The notes under the pieces are model-generated. The model saw nothing but the letters and a program-made list of their open reading frames with translations, was not told where the DNA came from and did no database searches. Positions 22,406-32,114 of a stretch of 64,000 nucleotides of DNA are shown piece after piece. This stretch comes from Catajapyx aquilonaris (Eukaryota). The position numbers and the translations under genes were made by a program. The stretch covers positions 1-64,000 of the forward strand of contig KZ538011.1 in assembly GCA_000934665.2 (NCBI GenBank). Direction: 5' to 3'. Positions within the stretch are counted from its first letter, which is position 1. The number at the start of each line of letters is the position of its first letter.

Positions 22406-25144
22406 TTAATACAGCCTCTGAGGGGGTCCCATGGTGGACTTGACGTGCAGGCTGCGGATGTTCTGCCAATGCTTCTTGAGTAGGGACACCAAAAAGTTGA
22501 TGGCCAGGTTGACGTTCTGGGCCAGCTCCTCCTGGCTCATCTTGACGTGGCCCACAGCCACTGAGAGGCAGAGAACCTTCTTCATCTGGAACTTGATGGT
22601 GGCCTTAACCTCATCAATCTTCAGCATCATGTTCTCCTGGTGGGTCAGCAGACCAGGGAACTTTCCAGCCTTGTTGAGACCGGGCCCAAGCAGACGGGGG
22701 ATCTGCTTAATGAGGGCTTCACTGGCGAGGAAGGCATCGTACTTCTTGGCCAGCTTCTTAACCAACTTCTTCTGCTTGTTCAGCTTCTTCAGGGCCTCAA
22801 CATCCATGCAGGGGACAGTGTTGGCCTTGGCCTCATCACAATGCTGCTGATCACCCAGCACACACACCTTCATGCGAGGGCGAGGGATGTACTTCAGTCT
22901 AGGAGAAGGCAAGAAAATAAAAATTTGAGTCATTAGTACTGTTTTCATTATCTGACTAAATGGGACTGATAAGATCTCAGAGATAAATGATAATTTAACT
23001 GGAAGGCAGCATGAATTTCATGTATTAGGATGAATCAAATGAAACCCACTCATGGTGCCTGGAGGAGGATACTGCTAAACACACCCTAGGCCCAGGGACT
23101 TGAAACTTCCACCGCATTAGATAGTATCAATACTGTATCTCCGAAGTACACGTAGTTTGCATGAGCATACCATGCCCGCCGCTGCAGCCATTCCAAGATG
23201 GTGTGCACCCTGTCATGCCAGACGAAGTGACATCAGCGCACTGTTATTCTATATTTGGTGGCCGGGAGCGAATAGACTCGTGGAAATCCATCAAAGGATG
23301 CTTACAGTGTACGAAGGCAGATGCATGGCTAAGACAACTGTCGTGGAGTGTGCCAGCTATGGAGAAGTTCTCGTGACAATCCCATGCACAGCTCCTGCTC
23401 CACAGTCAGGAGCTTTGGGTGCCCACTGTGTGCTACGCTTGCAGTACCCCAGGTGATGATAGACAATAATTGTGAACACTGTATACCATAACTAAGGGTA
23501 ACTTGCTATTGCATCCAAGTAAAACAGATGTACCCAACAATCCCCCTTTATCAACAGACACAATGATGATAGGTGATTGTGCACTGAGCTTGGCCTGTTC
23601 AGGGAAGGCTGGAAAGTATTGTCTGCCATCTTGGAATCACCAGCACTACTCCACAATGCGGTGCTTGTCTTTTCCAAGCAGCTGGCATCGTACACTGTAG
23701 GCATCCACAGATGGGATTTCTGTGGTCTATTTGCCTCGGCATCAGAAATGGAATAACAGTGAGCTGATCCTGTTTGGACACCATTATTGATTGGCTTTGC
23801 CAGCATGAGCAGTGTGTGCGCGCACTCTGACTTATGCATTTAGAGGTATTAGTACTGCACCCTTTCTACTTGTCCTGAGGGCCGGTTGCACCAAGAGCGG
23901 TATATGATAAACCCGTCCTTACTTCGGAAAATCCATACAAATTTGAATAAATTTTCCGAAAGAACAGTGGGTTTATCATATACCCGCCCTAAGAAGCATA
24001 AATTCAAAAATCAGAGTTAAAACTCTTTACTACTCTCAGGAGTAGCACTAGAAAATAAACCAGGTGTCCCTTTATTATGGACGTTGCAAGAATTTTGTAG
24101 ACCAGCATTGACAGTAATTTTTTGACATTACTGCAATAATTTGCCCAAGCGGAGCATGTCTGCAGCCATGGCAGAAGATACCTTTTAAAATGCACAGCAA
24201 TTATTGTTACAAGTGCTATCTCATAATTGCCAACTAGTAGTTAACAAAAATTATGATCTCACCATCATAACTACAATCCAAACCTTCCATTTTTTACTCT
24301 CTACCACCAACATGCAATCAATCTAACTCTTAACCAACAACACCTACCTCATCACCACCTCGCAACTCCTCAATAGCGGTGAGGGACTTTGCTAATTCAA
24401 TTTAACCCTAAGTACTTGCCAGTAAAGTGCGCCACTATCAACATTTCTGTAGACACTTTCATAAAAAAGAAGCAGAATTTTTAACTGCGCTGCACACTAC
24501 TACTTTCTGATATTTTTCCTTCATGCGAACAACACTCGCCATGTACATAATTGACACAAATTCTCATTAAAAACCGAAGTTTGTTGGTTTGATCATGAAG
24601 GAGCCATGCGAGACAGAAACGAAGAGCAAAAATGTGAGAGGAAAACCCAGTCGGTGACTGCGCAAGCACTTAAGAGGTTAACCTTGAAAGACGCTCCCTA
24701 ACCTCCCCAAATGTTTTAAGACCCTGGGTTTGTGGGTCCGCCGGACAATCAAGGACCAGGCCTCGACGTCCAGCTCCCTGCAACCCCACAAGATCAACCC
24801 ACAGAAATTAATTAAATCAAATTAATTCCAAACGGGTTGCTCGGAGGCTCAGGTGCAACTGGTATACCTGATGGACCCGGAGAAACGCTTGTCCTTCTGT
24901 GGGTCATAGTTCTTGAGTCCAACCTGGAGCTCCACGGTCTCCAAGAAGTGCCTCTTCTTCTCCTTAGACTTCTGCAGCACTCCGGCCACACATTCCAGCA
25001 GAGTCTCCTTCGACACCTTACTCCCACTGAAATCATCACATGTGAAATGTTAGTACCCGAATTTGATCACGCTGCATCTTCAGCATCCTTCCTGACTCCG
25101 GATGAGCACCGGAGAGACGGAATAAACCCGGATTCTTACCTCAT
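22406..25144 (-). CDS. RpL10A: 60S ribosomal protein L10a (uL1); exons 25144-25140, 25026-24868, 22898-22406
   Basis: The spliced translation [15 protein letters not shown]...[51 protein letters not shown]...[11 protein letters not shown] is a typical uL1 sequence. Phases are consistent; minus-strand AATAAA at ~22366-22371. Confidence 0.98.
23136..23848. mobile_element. Decayed mariner remnants: two transposase N-terminal fragments facing each other in RpL10A intron 2
   Basis: The + strand ...[23 protein letters not shown] and the - strand ...[23 protein letters not shown] both resemble the mariner N-terminal HTH (EIHxRMxxVYGxxCxSxxxVxxW). Both are frameshifted, and the ends are uncertain. 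Confidence 0.65.
23879..23990. mobile_element. Short palindromic MITE remnant with a PIF/Harbinger-like terminus
   Basis: Starts GGGCCGGTTGCACCA. Internal inverted arms gcggtatatgataaaccc / gggtttatcatatacccgc and ttcggaaaat / attttccgaa. Confidence 0.55.
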
Positions 25145-25855
25145 CTTGGCTTATTCTCTTCTTCACACGAACACACGATTTGTAACAAGCCGAACAGGAA
25201 CCAAGATGGCCGACTCAAACCGGGAGCCGAAAGAAACGCAGACGCTTCTTTTTCTAAAAAGCTAATACCAGTAACGGTTATGCCTGATGTTGCCTGAATC
25301 AGACTTGAATTCTGCTGAATAATGTGGCTGAATCTGTTCAGAACGTGGTTAAGAATAGGATCATATGATAATGTCCGGATTTTAGTGCAAGAAGGCGGCG
25401 GCACAATCCGGGGGAATTGACTGGGGTAATATAGTGGGATGCTACTAGCTGCTTACCACGTTGCGACCATGCTGCAATGCACTTCCGTTCGGCGTTTAAA
25501 TTTGATTGAATTTAATATACTGTTAATTTTTACGTTTTAGTTAATTAAATTTAAGGCTAATTATGACAATTGTTGTCGATTTAAAGCGTATTTGAATGTG
25601 GCCACCAGGCGGCAGTGCAAGCGTTTCCTGGCCGCCATTATGATTTTTGTCATATCTCATATGTTGCATTTTCTGCACACTTTTATATCAATTTACATTT
25701 ACGAATCATTGCCTGACAGAATCTTCCCAGTGTCTTCTTCACCTGCAGGAGCACCGTCTGGTTGTACAGCATACGAAGAATTTAGGCTGAACTGTACGTA
25801 TAGGGTTCAATTATTGTACCAACTTGTACATGTCATTTTCCTCCACAGCGCAACA
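25145..25855. promoter_or_regulatory. Probable shared (bidirectional) promoter and 5' UTRs of RpL10A and the THAP gene
   Basis: The divergent ATGs are ~710 bp apart. YY1-type AAGATGGC at ~25203, ETS-type ACTTCCG at ~25481, and acceptor ttttcctccacag just before the THAP ATG. Confidence 0.5.
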
Positions 25856-26995
25856 ATGGGCACTAGGAAAAGGAAAAGGAACGCCAAATGCTTCGTGGCA
25901 GGCTGCAATAGCGGTTATGAATCGAACAAGAAGAAGATTTCCATGTTTGCAGTTCCCTCGGATGAAGCCCGGTTGGAAGAGTGGCGTAGAATGATTCCTG
26001 CACGTAAGGACATACAGTTGAATGAAAATTGTGTGGTGTGTGAGCTACATTTTTGCGAAGAGTACGTTGTGAAGAATTACACCCATATTGTTAACGGCGA
26101 AGTGGTCGCCATTCCTAGAGGTCAGCCGTTACTTAAGAAAGATGCAATTCCGACCATATTTCCTGATACTTCGAAACCGCAACGCAAGACTAGAGCTTCG
26201 AAGAGACAGTCGCGGTCACCACCGAAAAAGAAAGCGAAAACATCCGCATCAACAAAACCGGCAAAAAATATGAAACCAGCTTCTGACCCTCCGTCGCAAC
26301 CAGTACCCCACAAAAAAGTGAAAACCAGTGACACTCCTAAAATCACCAAGAAAACTGCAAAAAAGCGGAAAGCAGTTACTGATCCCCCTTCATCCAAAAA
26401 GAAAGCAAAGAAAGTGCAAGTGACATATGATCCACCCGAGGACCCACCACTGTTAATCGACTTGATTGACATTAGTTTGGATGATATCATGAAGCTTGAC
26501 CCTCCTGAAAAATTCTGGGTGAAACATTACCTTCAAAATGATCCAAACACAGTAATATTTGCAGTGTACATAGCTAATTTTCCCAGTCGAGAAGAAAAGA
26601 GTAGGCTGCATTCAGCAGAATGTGTGAATCAGCATACTGCTACTAGTTTAATTTCACCTGTAGTTGCACAAAAGTTGTTGTCCGTCACGAAGTTGGAGGA
26701 CTCGGTTGTATGTAAAGCATACGTTCGAGACATTTTAACGGTTAGTGTGGAAGTTAATGATGTGGACATTGTGAAAGAACTCTTGCTGAAAACGGAACAG
26801 TCGCTACTTTGTGAAGGTTCAGGGACACTACAAGAGTTTGACAAACTCCCTCGATGCGCTAGACTTTATTCTGCAGAAAAGCTTATCCTTCATGAAAAAT
26901 GTTCTGGTGTTGCTACGGCACCTGCAAAATTGTGTTCACACTGCGCGTACCTGAGAGACCTGCTGATCGCAAGCAAAACCATGATATTGCCCTAA
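25856..26995 (+). CDS. THAP-domain (C2CH zinc finger) protein, ~379 aa, intronless CDS
   Basis: CFVAGC...MFAVP...RLEEW...VCELHF...LKKDAIPTIFP is the THAP signature with its AVPTIF box. It is followed by a K/P-rich linker and a C-terminal Cys/His cluster (C.G.G...HEKC...C..C). The ATG at 25856 follows a splice acceptor. Confidence 0.92.
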   Translation: MGTRKRKRNAKCFVAGCNSGYESNKKKISMFAVPSDEARLEEWRRMIPARKDIQLNENCVVCELHFCEEYVVKNYTHIVNGEVVAIPRGQPLLKKDAIPTIFPDTSKPQRKTRASKRQSRSPPKKKAKTSASTKPAKNMKPASDPPSQPVPHKKVKTSDTPKITKKTAKKRKAVTDPPSSKKKAKKVQVTYDPPEDPPLLIDLIDISLDDIMKLDPPEKFWVKHYLQNDPNTVIFAVYIANFPSREEKSRLHSAECVNQHTATSLISPVVAQKLLSVTKLEDSVVCKAYVRDILTVSVEVNDVDIVKELLLKTEQSLLCEGSGTLQEFDKLPRCARLYSAEKLILHEKCSGVATAPAKLCSHCAYLRDLLIASKTMILP

Positions 26996-27087
26996 AACAA
27001 GATGTGAGATGCGTAAGTCTGAATAATGGGAAAGTTATAACAGTGTTTAGTACTTGTGTTATGTACAAAAATATGAGTGGTTTACAC

Positions 27088-27361
27088 CAGTGGTCCCCAA
27101 CCCCCGGGCCGCGGACCGGTACCGGTCCGTGGATCAAATGGTACCGGGCCGCCCAATTATTTCCATTTCATTTTTTTTTCTACATTTATCGATATATCGT
27201 CTGATCTGGGGCCGTGGTACGGTATTTCTGGCCTTGGCAGGGTATTTCCAACGCTATACCCCTAGATGGAACCGTCTCGTTGCANCCCCCCCCCCAGCGG
27301 GCCGTGGTAAAATTATCAAACGTTGACCGGTCCGGGGCGATAAAAAGGTTGGGGACCACTG
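27088..27361. mobile_element. 274-bp hAT (Buster/Charlie-type) MITE in the THAP gene 3' UTR
   Basis: TIR CAGTGGTCCCCAACC / GGTTGGGGACCACTG and a perfect 8-bp TSD GTTTACAC (27080-27087 and 27362-27369) with the central TA typical of Buster insertions. Confidence 0.95.
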
Positions 27362-27783
27362 GTTTACACTATGGGAAAGTGTAATAAGTTCTGATTCTTT
27401 TTCAAGAGTTGTGCTTACAATGTGTCTTCTGGTGTGTGATTGACAGAAGATTAATTGTACGAAAAAAAACTACAAATAAAGGAATATCTTACACTTCAGT
27501 TCAATTCTGGAGTAGATAGACCAGCTACATTTTTCTTATGCTATTTTCCGGGCTGATCTCACGTCATATGAACTTGGGAAAACTTGCTGAACGTAGAGGG
27601 GACTTGGGAGCCTGGCAACTACTGAAGCTACGAGTTCCAAGTCGCATCAAAAATAGGAAAGTGTAATATTATTCCACAACAATATTGGACCAGCAATCAT
27701 TACAAAATGGCACCTTATTGCGTTCATTTTTAATGTAGTACAGCACAGTCATGAGATTATTGTCCATGCTTGATAAAATAACA

Positions 27784-29226
27784 TTACAATGTGTCATCAT
27801 CCACTGAGATATTGAGTGCCTTTTCCAAATTGACGGCACCTGAAATGCAGCATGATTGCAGGTTGGATCCTTGAAAATCAGCTCCACTTAGATCACAGTC
27901 CTGTGGACGGCAGAAAACATAACAATTTAATGCAATTATTTCTCTGTGGGTGGTGTTTGATTGAGTGTTTTACCTACCTCAAAGTCAGCATTGCATAGAA
28001 CAGTGTTGATCAGCTTGCAGTCCTTCATGTTGGATCCCTTGAAGACTACACTATTGCAGTGAAGCCCAGTTAGATCCGCTCCTTCTAGGTCGGCATGGGT
28101 CACTGTAGCACCTGAAAATGTTTAGTTGCTCTTTAATTGTTGTAAAGGAATTTATAAGATATCTGATATCATACCACCCTCCCATGGGAATAAAAACTAT
28201 TATATCAATTAACTTATAGGTGCACCTTCCATATGTGTTGGATCCACATCATCTTTGTAGGCATGAAACTTGCAATTCTTGAGGACTGCTCTATTCAAGT
28301 TTGCATGTTTCATACTCACCCCGACCATCTCTGCTCCTTGCAAATCGGCAAAGGAAAGGTTTGCCTTCTCTAGGCAGCAGCCATTCAAATTGGCATCCCT
28401 TAGGTTGCACTGTGATAAATTAGCATATGTGAAGTTTATGTTACGCAAATCCAGCTGTGAGAGATCCATTCCAGTCAGGTTGAGTCCGTAGAATCGGAGA
28501 TGGGACTTGGCACATGTTCGCAACAGCATGTCGACTATGCACTGACGTGTATTGGGGAACAAAGTGTGCAACTTGGGCAGGCCATAGAACGTAGCCTCCT
28601 CCAGAACTCCTTCCCAGTTCATGCCTTTGTCTATTATGAGCTGGCCATGTCGCAGGTAGTTGAGGATTGGTTGGAAGTACATCGGGCTGCGGTCTATCAA
28701 ATACGCCCCACTTACATCTCGAAGTTGAGTTCTTTCTCTCAGCATCCTAGCGAATAAAGTGAAAGCTGTCAATGTTCGCAGTTGAAATTAATCAAATCTA
28801 GGAAGCTGCACAATATGATTCAATGCTTCAGTTACTTAGCCAGATAGTTCTCAGGTTCTCTCTCAGTGAGGGTCTTCCGTGATGTATGGAAAACTGTCCC
28901 TCCAACATTAAGAGCGACCCAGTCACTCGAGATTCCTCCAAAATAATGCTGCTTGACAAAAGCTTCACCGCAGGATAAGTACAGCACCTCATCATCTCTA
29001 TTTTAAAAAAGACCCACCAGTATCGGATGACAAAATTGGAATATGAATAATCACACCTTACGAGCCTGACATCTTCAATTTCTCCTCCTTTGGCTGTGAA
29101 AAACTTTTTTCCAGCGATGCCCAAGAGTGAGCTGGCAGTTTCCAAAAGCTCTCCAATGGAATTAGGCACAACAACCATTTTCCCACCTGTTTTGCACCCA
29201 TTTTTTTTTACTGTTACTCGCTCCAT
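27784..29226 (-). CDS. Divergent KCTD9 paralog (KHA + BTB/POZ + pentapeptide repeats); exons 29226-29057, 28997-28836, 28746-28226, 28111-27978, 27900-27784
   Basis: The spliced ORF is intact: [10 protein letters not shown]...[17 protein letters not shown]...DWVALNVGG...[24 protein letters not shown]...pentapeptide repeats...[14 protein letters not shown], stop at 27784-27786. It is collinear with the neighbouring KCTD9. Confidence 0.88.
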
Positions 29227-30287
29227 TGTTGACTGAGGAAGGATTCACACACTTACGACTTGAGCAGTTGTCAGCTACTGATAAATTCCACCTGATAAAA
29301 TGCCAATCAAGAGGAAAAAAACATGGGAGATAACATTCAACCTTCTTTATTATTTCTTCGATTAAAACACACATCTCACTGGAATGTATAACAGCTACGG
29401 AGTTGCCCATAAATGAGATAAACACTGATGAAGTATGCTGTGTTGCTATAAATTACTGCTTACCATGTTGTATACAAGCTCTTTTCATCTATTATTCGTA
29501 GCAATCTCTCTGCAAAATTTTGGCGTAACATTACAGACAAAGGTTCTGACCCATTTCTTTGAAACCTAATAACTGCATGACATAACTGTGTCCTAACTTG
29601 ACCACTTTCATCGTGACATTACGTCAGCAATATTGAATGACCGCTTGTGACATCTTGGAAACCTGTTGTAACTAGGTTCTTCTAATGCAGTCAAGCCCCA
29701 TCATGTTCTTCACTTAGCTGTGACTTCTGATTCTACTTGTCTGGCTTGTGAAAAATAGAGCTGAGAACTAGCCTTATCGATATTGGAATATTACCCAGGC
29801 TAGATAAGTTCGATATTACCTCAAGAGTCATTGCAGATGCTTCTTGGCAGGCCTGCAGTCAATTGACCACCTTACTAAAGCAATACGGTGTTTTTAATAC
29901 TCTTACAGTGTCTACCGAGAAATGAAGAATTCAAAATCAAAGCAATGGGGAAAGTTGTACTCCTGTGACACTAGATGAGGAACGTTGTTCCTTGCCCAGA
30001 GTGGGTAGCAATGAACACCTGGGATGTAATTTTCAGTGGTTTCTTAACTGGCAGTTGATCTGGATGCGTCTCAATTTCAATTAATTTTTAGGATGCAAAA
30101 ATATCTTCAGAGAGGATTTGTACAGGTTTGGGTGTGGGCTGAAAATATCTGAAGGCATTAACATATGTATAAATGCAAAGGATATGGGAAGAATTTCATA
30201 TAACGTATGGGCAGCCCCTCGGACAACATTCATAATACTTATTTTGATTGTCAGTCTCAACTACGAACTGGCTCACTTTGGCACTTT

Positions 30288-32114
30288 TTACCTAATGGTT
30301 TGGGACATATGCAGAGGCGTGAGCATGAGCTCAAAAGCAGCATCCTTCAGGTTGGCTCCTCTCAGATTAGCTTCCTGGAGGTCGCTCCCGGAGAGGTCAC
30401 AGTTCTCGAGGTCGGCTCCAGCCAGCACCGCACCTCTCAGATCACAGTTCTGCAGGTTGGCATTCTTCAGAGTGGCCACGCGAAGATTCACCCCTGCCAT
30501 GTCACTTCCTTCCAGTATGGCACCTTTCAGGTTCACTCCTGTTAAAAGAAAGATATTAATTTTCAAGCATCGCAAGTTTTAATTAATGTATGTGGATGTT
30601 GTCTTAACTGACAAAGCTGAATTGGAGTAACTGTAACTCACGTTGACATTTTTAGCCCCTACTAACCTTCCATGTTGACACGGCTTCCAGCAGGGTCCTG
30701 GAAATTGCAGCTCCTGAGATTAGCACCCTCCAGATTAGCACAGAGCAACTTGACTCCCAACAGCTGCGACCCTTCTAACTGAGCGTAGGAAAGATCAGCC
30801 CTTTCCAGGCTACACCAGCTCAAGTTAGCCCCCAGGATCTTGCAGCGGTGCAGACAGGCGTACTTGAAGTTAATGTGGCGCAGATCCAGTCGGGACAGGT
30901 CAGCTCCTGAGAGGTTCACCCCTTGGAAACGCAACTCTGTGGTGTATGCCGTTGCAATTAGGGAATTGATCACATCCCTGCGGGTCAGAGCCATGTTGTC
31001 GCGTGACCTCTGCGCAACCTGTGAAGCAAGTGGAAGTGATGAATTGGTACAATACCTCACTGACTGATGAAAATGGCCTGAAGAATTGGTATAGCACAGT
31101 GAGGAAGCTACTATTTAAGAATGGATTTTTTGGCCGAAGGCAACATTAAATAAATTGAGGAGCCAGACATCAAAGGCAGAGCCATATCCATCAAAAGACA
31201 GCTCTATAGAACATGCAAAATGGGTTTTTATTGATTGAAGCAACAAATCAAACCATCATTTACATTGCCTGGCACAATTGAGCTTTCCTTGCACATGTTT
31301 GAAAATAAGAGCACATATCCGGCAATGATGAAGAACTCTTCTGATTAATGAGAGAAACCGCATCAGGGAATCTCGTATACTTACTTGTATGCGCGATTCT
31401 AACTGTGAGATGAGTGACTCAATCCCAAAGAACCTGGCTTCTTCCAGCACTCCTTCGGGATTGACGTCATTGTCCAGTATGAGCTGTCCATGCCTCAGGT
31501 AATTCAGAATCGGCTCAAAGTACAGCGGACTCCGGTCGATCAAGTAAGCGCCAGACTGGTCCACATTGCTGGGTGCCAACTGGTATGACCCATGCTCTCC
31601 CTTGGCAAACATGCGGGCCAACATACTCTCCGGCTCCTTATTCACCAGCGTGCTTCTGGAAGTCGTAAACACCTTTCCGCCAACATTCAGCGTCACCCAG
31701 TCGCCCATCAGTTGCGCCGGTTTGGGACGAGCTGGTTGCGACCCCAGCGGTATAAAGTCTTCCCCTTCCGACACATACAAGATGTCATCATCCCTGCAAA
31801 TACCGCAATGGTTAGTCTGCCGCCTATGTACTTTCAATCGCACCAATTACCGTATGAGCTTCACATCGTCGACTTCTCCGCCTTGTGGCGTAAACACCCG
31901 CTTTGCTGTGATTCCAAACCTGGTGCTGGCTGCAGTCAGCAATTCATCCAGGGAATGTGTCACCATCACCACCTTATTAATTAATTAATTAATTAATTAT
32001 TGAAAAAAATATTAAAGAGTGCAATCATTGCGGTATGAAATGCATTACCATGCTCCCAAATCTTACCTTCCCATCAACCTCAACACCATTACGAAACAGC
32101 ACCACCCGCCTCAT
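30288..32114 (-). CDS. KCTD9: BTB/POZ domain-containing protein KCTD9; exons 32114-32067, 31972-31851, 31793-31385, 31018-30667, 30538-30288
   Basis: MRRVVLFRNG start, KHA-like domain (GGEVDDVKLIRDDDILYVSEGEDF), BTB (DWVTLNVGG...[24 protein letters not shown]), pentapeptide repeats and the conserved end FELMLTPLHMSQTIR. Confidence 0.96.
31976..31998. repeat. (TTAA)n microsatellite at the KCTD9 intron 1 acceptor
   Basis: ttaattaattaattaattaatta lies directly next to the AG at 31973-31974. Confidence 0.85.

Noticed and set aside
25592..25855. N-terminal 88 aa of the 467-aa ORF (TTG start)
   Set aside because: The start is non-ATG and the segment contains intron-like sequence and a splice acceptor. 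THAP domains are normally N-terminal, so ATG 25856 is preferred.
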